A DNA stretch of 64,000 bases from Cenarchaeum sp. GTDB taxonomy: Archaea > Thermoproteota > Nitrososphaeria > Nitrososphaerales > Nitrosopumilaceae. The notes beneath the pieces were generated by a model, which searched no databases, was not told the origin of the DNA, and saw nothing but the letters and a program-made list of their open reading frames with translations. Positions 47,269 to 55,598 of this stretch are shown piece by piece. The translations under genes were made by a program, and so were the position numbers. The stretch spans positions 64,001 through 128,000 of the forward strand of contig OY843584.1 in assembly GCA_963692915.1 (NCBI GenBank), written 5' to 3'. Every line of letters begins with the position of its first letter. The stretch's first letter is position 1.

Positions 47269-47685
47269 CTATTCGTATGTCCGCAGTATTATCGTCGTGT
47301 TCGTGTTCGTCACTCCGGGTATCTTGCGCAGCTGGTCAATGCTGTCATTGATGCTCAGTATGTTCTGTGCGCTAAGTGAGGTGATGATGTCATAGCTTCC
47401 GGTTATCTCGTGAACCTTTACGACCCCGTCGAGCTTCATTATGCGCTGTGAGACCTTGGCGACGTCGGTTCCGGACTCGACGGTCACAAACGCGACGGCC
47501 TTTGTCATGCCCTCATCTCCCATCTCGAGGGTAAAGCGCTTTATCGTCCCCGCGTCGAGCAGCGTCTTTATCCTCCGCCGGACCGCTGACTCGGAGAGGC
47601 CGACCTCCTTGCCGATATCACCATACCCCTTGCGCGCGTCCTTTTTGAGCAGCGCGATTATCTTGCGGTCCTTTTCGCTATGCAA
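47269..47685 (-). CDS. lysM: Lrp/AsnC family regulator (LysM-like)
   Basis: DRKIIALLKKDAR..GLSESAVRRRI, EITGSYDI; inside lys/arg cluster. Confidence 0.85.
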   Translation of the reverse strand: MHSEKDRKIIALLKKDARKGYGDIGKEVGLSESAVRRRIKTLLDAGTIKRFTLEMGDEGMTKAVAFVTVESGTDVAKVSQRIMKLDGVVKVHEITGSYDIITSLSAQNILSINDSIDQLRKIPGVTNTNTTIILRTYE

Positions 47686-48856
47686 CCCCTCTCCTTGCCT
47701 CCTCTGCACCGAGAAGGTCGTCTAGGACACCTAAAACCCTTGCGACGTCAGCGGAGCCGACGACGAGTGGGGGAAGGAGGCGCAGTATGTTGCGCCCCGA
47801 GTAGAGGAGGAGGACGCCCTGCTCTATGCCGCCCATGATGATGTCACGCACGTCGACCTTTAGCTCTACTCCTACCATGAGGCCACGTCCACGAACCTCC
47901 CTGATGATCGCGTGCTTTTCTGCCAGCGCGCGCAACCCCGAGATTAGCTCATCTCCCACGCTTGCCGCATTGTCGACTAGGCCGTCAGTGACCAGTGCGT
48001 CAAGCGTTGCAGTGCCAGCCGCGCACGAGAGCGCATTGCCGCCAAACGTGGATGAGTGCTCGCCCTTTGACATGCTCGCGATGATCTCCGGCCTTGCGAG
48101 TGTGACGCCCATGGGGACACCACCGGCTATTCCCTTTGCGAGGCATAGTATGTCTGGCGCCGTGGCGTCGTGGTCACACGCCCACATCTTTCCAGTCCTA
48201 CCGAGGCCCGCCTGTATCTCGTCGAACGCAAGGACGACGCCTCGCTCGTCGCAGAGGCGCCGCACGTCGCGCAAAAACCCCTCTGGCGCAACGTGTATGC
48301 CGCTCTCGCCCTGTATGGGCTCGAGTATCACCATGCCCGTCTCCTCGGTGATGGCCTCACGCAGCGCCTCAATGTCGCCAAATGGCGAGAACGAGACCCC
48401 GTCGAGGAGCGGCCCGAATGCCTTGCGGTACTTGGGGTTGAACGTCAGCGAGAGCGCGCCCATGGACTTGCCATGGTACGACCCGCGCATTGCGACCATG
48501 TGGGACTTTTGCGTGAACTTGCGCGAGAACTTTATTGCCGCCTCGACGGCCTCTGCACCGCTGTTGTTAAGGTGTGCGCACGTGAGGCCATCTGGGGCCA
48601 GCGAGACTATCTTTTCGAGAAACCCCGCGCGAACCTTGCTGTATAGGGATCCGTGAACCGTGACGATCCTGTCGGCCTGTTCCTTTATTGCCGCCGTGAC
48701 GCGCTCGTTACGGTGGCCGACTAGCGCGACGCCGTACCCGCCCATAAAGTCAAGGTACTCCTTTCCGGCCGTGTCCCAGACGCGTGCCCCCTGCCCGCGC
48801 TCGACGGTAACGGGGAACCTCTGGTAGAGGCCGCCCATTATGGCATCCTCGCTCAT
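47678..48856 (-). CDS. lysJ: [LysW]-semialdehyde transaminase (class III PLP)
   Basis: NSGAEAVEAA, EPIQGESG, DEIQAGLGRTG, LAKGIAGG, STFGGN. Confidence 0.92.
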   Translation of the reverse strand: MSEDAIMGGLYQRFPVTVERGQGARVWDTAGKEYLDFMGGYGVALVGHRNERVTAAIKEQADRIVTVHGSLYSKVRAGFLEKIVSLAPDGLTCAHLNNSGAEAVEAAIKFSRKFTQKSHMVAMRGSYHGKSMGALSLTFNPKYRKAFGPLLDGVSFSPFGDIEALREAITEETGMVILEPIQGESGIHVAPEGFLRDVRRLCDERGVVLAFDEIQAGLGRTGKMWACDHDATAPDILCLAKGIAGGVPMGVTLARPEIIASMSKGEHSSTFGGNALSCAAGTATLDALVTDGLVDNAASVGDELISGLRALAEKHAIIREVRGRGLMVGVELKVDVRDIIMGGIEQGVLLLYSGRNILRLLPPLVVGSADVARVLGVLDDLLGAEEARRGVA

Positions 48857-49656
48857 TGGCGTATCACCGTGCAGCGCTCATGCGCCATGGCCGCCGATAT
48901 TGGCCCCTCCCTCTTTCCGCTTGCGATGATCGCCTCGCCGACGCCACCGTCTAGTGCCTCGAGTGCGGCGATGACCTTCTTTTCCATGCCCGCGCCTATC
49001 CTCGGGCGCATCTCGCGCGCCTCGGCGGCGCTAATCCCCTCAACGAGCCTGTCATCCATGATTATCCCGTCGACGTTGGTCACGAATATGACTCTACTGG
49101 CGCGCATCGCGCCGGCCACACTGGCAGCGGCCCTGTCGCCGTCGACGTTGAGAAACTCGTTCTCCTCGCTGAGCGCAACCGGGGCGATGACTGGCGTAAA
49201 GCCCGACTCGACGAGCGAGGATATGAGCGTCGAGTTTACGCTCGATATCTTGCCCGTGTACCCGCCGTCGATCGCCTGCTTCCTGCCGCGCTCGTTGACT
49301 ATGAGGAGCCTCTTTTTCCGGTCGGCGCGAATGAGCCCGCCGTCTATGCCGCATACGCCCACTGCGTTGACTCCGCCGGCCTGCAGCGAGCGCACTATGG
49401 ACTTGTTGACGCGTCCGGCCATGACCATCGTGAATATCTCGGCTGTCTCCCTGTCAGTATAGCGGCTCCTCACGCCGCTCGGCGACGTGATAAAGCGCGG
49501 CTCGTGGCCAAGGCGGCCTGACACGTCAGTCACGTCACGCCCGCCACCATGCACTACTATGACGCCGCCCTCGGACTCAGCAGCGTGCCGTATGTCGGCA
49601 ATTGCCGACTCGTGCAGGTCGCCGACGACGCTCCCGCCTATCTTTATCGTGATCAT
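48853..49656 (-). CDS. lysZ: [LysW]-aminoadipate/glutamate kinase
   Basis: IKIGGS, VHGGG, SPSGVRSRYTD, GGYTGKI, NVDGDRAA. Confidence 0.93.
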   Translation of the reverse strand: MITIKIGGSVVGDLHESAIADIRHAAESEGGVIVVHGGGRDVTDVSGRLGHEPRFITSPSGVRSRYTDRETAEIFTMVMAGRVNKSIVRSLQAGGVNAVGVCGIDGGLIRADRKKRLLIVNERGRKQAIDGGYTGKISSVNSTLISSLVESGFTPVIAPVALSEENEFLNVDGDRAAASVAGAMRASRVIFVTNVDGIIMDDRLVEGISAAEAREMRPRIGAGMEKKVIAALEALDGGVGEAIIASGKREGPISAAMAHERCTVIRQ

Positions 49657-49662
49657 CGCGGC

Positions 49663-50718
49663 TCACACGGGGGTGAGCGGCGAGTATAGCAGCCCCTCGG
49701 TCTCGTCGATGCCTAGCATGACGTTCATGTTCTGTATCGCCGATCCGGCAGCCCCCTTCATCAGGTTGTCTGATGCGGAGAGCGCAATGAGCCTGTTGTT
49801 TGCAGGGTCGAGGTCAAAGCCAATGTCGCAAAAGTTTGATCCCACGACGAACTTTGGGTCAGGAAACTTGTAGAGTCCCTTTTTGTCGCGAATGAGCCTG
49901 ATGAACCTCTCATTTCCATAGCGCTCGCGGTATATCCTCCAGATGTCCCTCTCATCGACGTCGCGCTCGAGGAACGTGTGGCTAGTGCAGAGTATGCCGC
50001 GCACGACATCGACTGCGTGCGGGCTCATCGAGACGGGTATCTTTGAGCCGGCCGCCTCGGAGAGCTCTTGCTCTATCTCGCCGGTGTGCCGGTGCATCGC
50101 CGGCTTGTACGGGCGTATGACGCCGGCCCTCATCGCGTGGTTTGTGCCGGCCTTTCCGCCCGCACCGGCGCCCGAGGAGCCGATCTTTGAGTCGACGATT
50201 ATGTGCTTTTTGTCGATGAGGCCCTCCTCGACGAGCGGGCGGAGCGCCAGTATCGACGTCACTGCCATGCAGCCCGGACACGAGACCAGCTTTGCGGTGC
50301 GTATGGCCTCGCGGTGGATCTCGGGCACGCCGTAGACTGAGCCCTTGAGGCCCTCGGGATTTGTGTGTGTCCAGCCGTACCACCTGTCATAGTCGGCGGC
50401 CTCATGGAGCCGATAGTCGGCGCTCAGGTCTATGACGCGCACGCCGCGATCGAGGAGCTCCTTGACGATGTCGACTGCGGTCCCGTGGGGGACGGCCGTA
50501 AAGACGATGTCGCACGCCTCGGCCATGCGGTCATAGTCGAGCTCGCTGAACTTTATGTCCCCGATTAGGCCCTTTAGGCTCGGCTGGACGCGGTGGACAT
50601 AGTCGCCGGCGTGCTGCCTCGAGGTGACCATGGCTATCTCGGCGCGCGGGTGGCCCACTAGGAGGCGCAGAACCTCCCCGCCAACATAGCCTGATGCACC
50701 AACGACGCCGGCCTTCAT
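49663..50718 (-). CDS. lysY: [LysW]-aminoadipyl/glutamyl-phosphate reductase
   Basis: GASGYVG, DLSADYRL, CPGC, HRHTGE, DNLMKGAAG. Confidence 0.93.
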   Translation of the reverse strand: MKAGVVGASGYVGGEVLRLLVGHPRAEIAMVTSRQHAGDYVHRVQPSLKGLIGDIKFSELDYDRMAEACDIVFTAVPHGTAVDIVKELLDRGVRVIDLSADYRLHEAADYDRWYGWTHTNPEGLKGSVYGVPEIHREAIRTAKLVSCPGCMAVTSILALRPLVEEGLIDKKHIIVDSKIGSSGAGAGGKAGTNHAMRAGVIRPYKPAMHRHTGEIEQELSEAAGSKIPVSMSPHAVDVVRGILCTSHTFLERDVDERDIWRIYRERYGNERFIRLIRDKKGLYKFPDPKFVVGSNFCDIGFDLDPANNRLIALSASDNLMKGAAGSAIQNMNVMLGIDETEGLLYSPLTPV

Positions 50719-50764
50719 GCCGGTGGGCTTGCGCGCGCATAATTTATACTCAATGCGCGCAGCG

Positions 50765-51619
50765 TCATCCCCTCGCCGTGCGCGCGGCAAACTCGATGAT
50801 TGCCCCCGGAACGTCGGCCTGTCCAGTGCTTGCCATGCCCCTGAACTCGACTGTGTTGTTGACCTCGTGGACGACGATCCCGCGCTCGGCGTCCTCCATC
50901 ATGTCCACGCCAAGAACGCCGCCGCCTACGGCCTCAGACGCACGCGCGGCAAGCTCTCCGATCTCCGGCGTGATCGTGCACGCCTCGGGCCTGGCACCGG
51001 CTGCAACGTTGGTCCTAAACCCGCCTGACTCGCGGTACATTGCTGCGACGGCCTCGCCGCCAACGGTTATGACGCGAATGTCGCGCGGCGGGCGCCTTAT
51101 GCGCTCCTGGAGATAGTATAGGCGGTCATGCGGCGAGTCAGTCACAGCGCGCGCCTCCATTATCGCATCAAGCGTGTCGCGATCATCCACGCTCATCACT
51201 CCACGGCCCCAGCTTCCGACGAGCGGCTTTATGACGAGCGGATAACCCTCGCGCCCAAAGCAATCGACGGCACCCTCAGCAGAGAGCGCAAAGTGCGTGC
51301 GCGGGGTCGGCACGCGAGCCTTTTGGAGCATGAGCGTCATGAACATCTTGTTGCCGCAGCGCGAGGCCACATCAAGGCTGTTTATCGACGTGACTCCGGC
51401 AAACTCGGCTATGGCAGTAAAGCACATTCCCCTGTGATAGCTCATGCACCTCTCTAGGACGACATCGCCGAGGCCAAGTGAGGCCGCGCTGCTCTGCGTG
51501 TCAGCACTTACTGCCTTTGCGTCGACCATGTGCGCCTCATGCCCCTTCTCCGAGGCGCTCTCTGCCAGCATCTTTTCCTCAACGCGGAGGCGGTCGTAGG
51601 CTATGCTTATTCTAACCAT
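50765..51619 (-). CDS. argX: Second ATP-grasp LysW ligase, probably glutamate-specific
   Basis: RVEEK, KPLVGSWGR, FRTNVA, EVNNTVEFRGM (G-hydrophobic ArgX-like signature); near argG. Confidence 0.8.
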   Translation of the reverse strand: MVRISIAYDRLRVEEKMLAESASEKGHEAHMVDAKAVSADTQSSAASLGLGDVVLERCMSYHRGMCFTAIAEFAGVTSINSLDVASRCGNKMFMTLMLQKARVPTPRTHFALSAEGAVDCFGREGYPLVIKPLVGSWGRGVMSVDDRDTLDAIMEARAVTDSPHDRLYYLQERIRRPPRDIRVITVGGEAVAAMYRESGGFRTNVAAGARPEACTITPEIGELAARASEAVGGGVLGVDMMEDAERGIVVHEVNNTVEFRGMASTGQADVPGAIIEFAARTARG

Positions 51620-51783
51620 CACTCGCCCCAGTCTTCGCCGACCTTTTCGGCCCTCTTTAGCTCCACCTCGGAGCCGCTTCTAGAGACCTCGTAGTCGGCC
51701 CCGCAGTCAGGGCATGTGACAAGCTCGCCGGACATCGCGTCATCTGGAACGCTTAGGCCTGCGTCGCACTCGGGACACTTCAC
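51619..51783 (-). CDS. lysW: LysW/ArgW carrier protein, canonical EDWGE
   Basis: VKCPECD..TCPDCG..KVGEDWGE; GTG start. Confidence 0.93.
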   Translation of the reverse strand: MKCPECDAGLSVPDDAMSGELVTCPDCGADYEVSRSGSEVELKRAEKVGEDWGE

Positions 51784-52975
51784 GGCGCGCCGCACGCGAT
51801 CCTTGTAATTTAACCGCTTCTGTGGACTGGAGGCCCCAGAGCTCCACAAAGCCCGTGGCGCGCCTCTGGTCAAACGTCGAGCCGCGCCCGTACGTGGCCT
51901 CCTCGGCGCTGTATAGCGAGTTTGGTGATGAGCGCCCGACGACCCTGACTGCGCCCCTGTGGAGCCTCAGGCGCACGGTCCCGCTGACGGGCTCCTGCGA
52001 GCGCTCGATGTATGACTCGAGGCTTGCGCGCAGGGGATCCTCCCAGAGCCCCGAGTATGCCAGCCACGTCCACTCGGCGTCAACTGCCCCCTTGAATCGC
52101 GTCTCGTGCTTTGTGTGGACCATCTTTTCGAGGTCGGCGTGGGCCTCGATGACGCATGCGGCCGCCGGCGCCTCATAGACCTCCCTTGACTTTATCCCGA
52201 CGGTGCGATCCTCTATGTGGTCGACGATTCCGACTCCGGCCCTGCCGGCCACGGTGTTGAGGCGCTCGATTAGCGCACGCGCGCGCATTCTCCCCCCGTC
52301 AAGGGAGACTGGCACGCCGCGCTCAAAGCCGATCCTGACATACGTCGGCCTCGCCGGCGGGCTCGTGCTGACCCACTCAAAGGCGTCATCTGGCGGCTCG
52401 GCGGCCGCATCCTCGAGCACGCCGCCCTCTATGGCGCGCCCCCAGAGGTTCTGGTCAATGCTAAACCTTCTTGCGACGTTCTCTATGCGCACGCCGTGCT
52501 TGCGCGCAAAGTCCAGCTCTGTCGGGCGATCAAGGTTCATGTCGCGTATTGGCGCGACTATGGGGAGCGACGATGCGGCCCTCATCGTGACATCAAAGCG
52601 CACCTGGTCGTTTCCCTTTCCGGAACAGCCGTGCGCAAGTGATGTTGCGCGCTCTTTTCTTGCGACCTCGATGACCTTTTTGGCGATGAGTGGCCTGGCC
52701 AGCGCAGTGGCGAGGTTGTACTTTGACTGGTATAGCGCGTTTGCCTTTATGGCGACGAGCACATAGTCGCGCACAAACTCGTCACGCGCGTCTATCGTGT
52801 GGTGCCTTTTGACGCCGAGCGCCCTGGCGCGCCGTCCTATCTCGGCACTGCTGCCGCCCTGGCCCACATCGACTGTGACAGTCACGACGTCCATGTCAAG
52901 ATCCTCCTGGAGGTACTTTACGACGACTGACGTGTCTAGCCCGCCCGAGAACGCGAGGACTGCCTTGCCTGACAA
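51740..52975 (-). CDS. argG: Argininosuccinate synthase
   Basis: AFSGGLDTS, HGCSGKGNDQVRF, SIDQNLWGR, GIKSREVYEAP. Confidence 0.96.
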   Translation of the reverse strand: MSGKAVLAFSGGLDTSVVVKYLQEDLDMDVVTVTVDVGQGGSSAEIGRRARALGVKRHHTIDARDEFVRDYVLVAIKANALYQSKYNLATALARPLIAKKVIEVARKERATSLAHGCSGKGNDQVRFDVTMRAASSLPIVAPIRDMNLDRPTELDFARKHGVRIENVARRFSIDQNLWGRAIEGGVLEDAAAEPPDDAFEWVSTSPPARPTYVRIGFERGVPVSLDGGRMRARALIERLNTVAGRAGVGIVDHIEDRTVGIKSREVYEAPAAACVIEAHADLEKMVHTKHETRFKGAVDAEWTWLAYSGLWEDPLRASLESYIERSQEPVSGTVRLRLHRGAVRVVGRSSPNSLYSAEEATYGRGSTFDQRRATGFVELWGLQSTEAVKLQGSRAARREVSRVRRRPKRSR

Positions 52976-53183
52976 CGCGCGCGTGTGCGTATGCCTTGTG
53001 ATTTATCTATTGCGCGTGGATCGGCATGATGTCAGCACCCATGCCCGTTCATGCCGGTGCAGGCGCCGCTGCGGCGAGTGGGTCGGCCGGATGCCCCCAT
53101 TTGGCCAAGTGGGCAAGAGGCGTGCCGGCCTAATGCCTGGGTTGGCCGCAAGCCGTTAAATATGCACCTTGGGCACGCCTGCC

Positions 53184-53330
53184 ATGTCGGCAGCAGCCGT
53201 GCTGGCGCCAGCCGTGCTGGCGCCAGCCGTGCCAGTATTTTTCATGCAGTCGTTGACTATTGTGCGCCAGCTCGGCATCATTTCACCGTGGAAGGACACC
53301 ATGCGCACGATGGGGACCCCGCAGCAATGA
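53184..53330 (+). CDS. Putative 48-aa leader ORF
   Basis: ATG about 25 nt after GTTAAATAT; 15-bp repeat encoding AVLAP twice; TGA overlaps next ATG (ATGA). Confidence 0.35.
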   Translation: MSAAAVLAPAVLAPAVPVFFMQSLTIVRQLGIISPWKDTMRTMGTPQQ

Positions 53331-55315
53331 TTCGCGTGCTCGCCGCCCTCTCGATCGTTGCGGCCTGCGCGACCATTGCGGGTTACGGCGTGTTGTCATG
53401 GGATGCAGGTGGGCCTGTTGACCATGCCGATGTCGTGCCCGGCGCAGAGGCTTTGGATGACGGGGAGGTGTGGGGAACCGTTGAGCATTACGCGCAGCGC
53501 GCCGCCGAGCTGTACGCAAAGCGCACACATGGGGAGCATCCAGAGGAATTTCCCGCAATTCGCCCTGACGCACTTGCGGACGGAATTGTGGAGCTGTATT
53601 GGGAGGTGCAGCGCGACGACGATCTGCGCCTCCGGCTGCCAGAGAGGCTCAGGGTGTCCATGGATGCGGCGAATCCCGACGAGCTGGCATCAGGGCTCAT
53701 CGACTTGCGCAATGCGGTGCAGAGCGACGACGAGCTGCACCGCATGCTGCCCGAGGAGTTTCGCGTGCCGCTCAAGGCGGTGCGCTATTACTTTGCCACC
53801 GAGCCTCCGTTCTGCTTTGGGGATACTTTTTGCGATGATGTGGAACACATGGTAGGTTATCACGGCGCCGACGACGAGAGCTACCTTAGATCGTCTCCGG
53901 AATCCATGGAGCCCTGGAACGAAGACAATGGCGTGCGCAAGATGTGCGAGGCTGCCCGCGATGATCTCACAGGGCAGCTTCCGTGGCTGGAGGGGGACGC
54001 AGAGTGGCTCTTTTTTATGGACATGTGCAGGGACTGGCACAGCAGGCACGTCTCCTATTCCATCGTGGCATACCTGACCGAGAACGTCTCTGATAGCTGC
54101 AGGAGCCTGATAGACTCAGGATGGGTGGTGGGCAACAGTGGCGACTTTTATCGTCCGGGGGCGACCCCCCACGAGATGCGGCAAGAGTCCTATCCCGACG
54201 AGGTTCTGGATCCTGAACAAGATTACGGGGACATCTGGTTTGAATCAAGATGCCTGCCGTCAGGGTTCCCGCCCTCTGAACTTCTCCTCCGCCACCCCCC
54301 CGAGGTAGAGCAGGTGGGTTGGGTTGCTGACCCTGCCGACGTCGTGCCCGGCGCAGGGTCCGAGGGGGACGACGGGGAGGTGTGGGGAACCGTTGAGCAT
54401 TACGCGCAGCGCGCCGCCGAGCTGTACGCAAAGCGCACACACGGGGAGCATCCAGGGGAATTCCCCGCAATTCGCCCTGACGCCCTTGCGGACGGCATTG
54501 TAGAGCTGTATTGGGAGGTGCAGCGCGACGACGATCTGCGCCTCCGGCTGCCAGAGAGGCTCAGGGCGTCCATGGATGCGGCGAATCCCGCCGAGCTGGC
54601 ATCAGGGCTCATCGACTTGCGCAATGCGGTGCAGGGCGACGACGAGCTGCACCGCATGCTGCCCGAGGAGTTTCGCGTGCCGCTAAAGGCGGTGGTCTAT
54701 TACTTTGATGCCCCGACCGAGTCTTGCTATTTCTGGTATGCCTGTCAGGATGAGTTTGTGAACGTCTATTCTGGTTCTGATGACGAGAGCTATCTTCGAT
54801 CCCTTCAGCACACCACAAATCTTTGGCATGACAACAAGCAAGACGTGTGCAGGGCCGCTAACGACAAGCTTGTGGGACAGATTCCATGGCTGGAGGGCAA
54901 CGCGGAATGGCTCGGGTTTATGGGCGGATGCGAGCACTGGCACAGCAAGCACATCTCCGAGTCCATCGTGACGTACCTGACCGAGAACGTCTCTGAGCAC
55001 TGCAGGGACCTGATAGACTCAGGGTGGGTGGTGGGCAACAGTGGCTCCTTTTACCGTCCAGTGATGCCCCACTACGAGCGGTGGCAAGAGTTTCTGACAA
55101 GCATGTTCACGCTGGACGCCACGACGGTCACGTGCACGGAGACTGACGTGGAGGGCGACACGGGCCGCGCCGCGTTCAGGGTGACTGTGAGCTCTACGGA
55201 CGTCGTGCCGCCGGTGATCACGCTGTCGGCTGACATGTCGATTCCGGCGACGTCGAGCGTCGGCGCAACGGCGACGTTCACGGTGACTGCCCGCGGCGTG
55301 GACGGGGCAGTCTAG
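53327..55315 (+). CDS. Membrane-anchored/secreted protein with two tandem ~300-aa modules and C-terminal HYR-like segment
   Basis: N-terminal hydrophobic helix (MIRVLAALSIVAACATIAGYGVL); duplicated DGEVWGTVEHYAQRAAE...GWVVGNSG; ends at TAG inside HYR-like domain. Confidence 0.75.
   Translation: MIRVLAALSIVAACATIAGYGVLSWDAGGPVDHADVVPGAEALDDGEVWGTVEHYAQRAAELYAKRTHGEHPEEFPAIRPDALADGIVELYWEVQRDDDLRLRLPERLRVSMDAANPDELASGLIDLRNAVQSDDELHRMLPEEFRVPLKAVRYYFATEPPFCFGDTFCDDVEHMVGYHGADDESYLRSSPESMEPWNEDNGVRKMCEAARDDLTGQLPWLEGDAEWLFFMDMCRDWHSRHVSYSIVAYLTENVSDSCRSLIDSGWVVGNSGDFYRPGATPHEMRQESYPDEVLDPEQDYGDIWFESRCLPSGFPPSELLLRHPPEVEQVGWVADPADVVPGAGSEGDDGEVWGTVEHYAQRAAELYAKRTHGEHPGEFPAIRPDALADGIVELYWEVQRDDDLRLRLPERLRASMDAANPAELASGLIDLRNAVQGDDELHRMLPEEFRVPLKAVVYYFDAPTESCYFWYACQDEFVNVYSGSDDESYLRSLQHTTNLWHDNKQDVCRAANDKLVGQIPWLEGNAEWLGFMGGCEHWHSKHISESIVTYLTENVSEHCRDLIDSGWVVGNSGSFYRPVMPHYERWQEFLTSMFTLDATTVTCTETDVEGDTGRAAFRVTVSSTDVVPPVITLSADMSIPATSSVGATATFTVTARGVDGAV
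53425..54707 (+). repeat. Intragenic direct repeat, about 53425-53795 versus 54335-54707
   Basis: Near-identical DNA (about a dozen substitutions after the first codons); similarity continues more weakly to about 54160 versus 55060. Confidence 0.9.
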
Positions 55316-55531
55316 GTCAGCTGTTCGCCTGCCAGCGGCAGCACGTTCAGCGCCGGCGCCACGACTGTCACGTGCTCGGCGACAGACAGCGCGGGCAACT
55401 GCGACAGCGCCCCGTTCACGCTAACCCTCAACGCGCTAGACACGGCGCCTGCGCGCTCGCCACGCGGACAGGTGAGGTGCCGCAATGGCAAGCGGAGAGA
55501 CAGGATCACGCACTCTGGCCAAATGGGTTGA
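55316..55531 (+). pseudogene. In-frame HYR-domain continuation after premature TAG
   Basis: VSCSPASGSTFSAGATTVTCSATDSAGN follows the TAG in the same frame. Confidence 0.7.
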
Positions 55532-55598
55532 GAGTGTTGATCTCGCACTGCGCGTGCAATCAAAAACCTATATAGGCAGAGCGTCTACTGTGCCAACG

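Noticed and set aside
53425-54707. Repeat pair as a diversity-generating retroelement TR/VR
   Set aside because: Differences are not adenine-specific (T/C, G/A and C/A changes occur), both copies are in-frame coding, and no reverse transcriptase is present
55313-55315. Pyrrolysine recoding of the TAG
   Set aside because: No pyl genes in the window, TAG is a common true stop here, and the downstream frame degenerates after the HYR repeat
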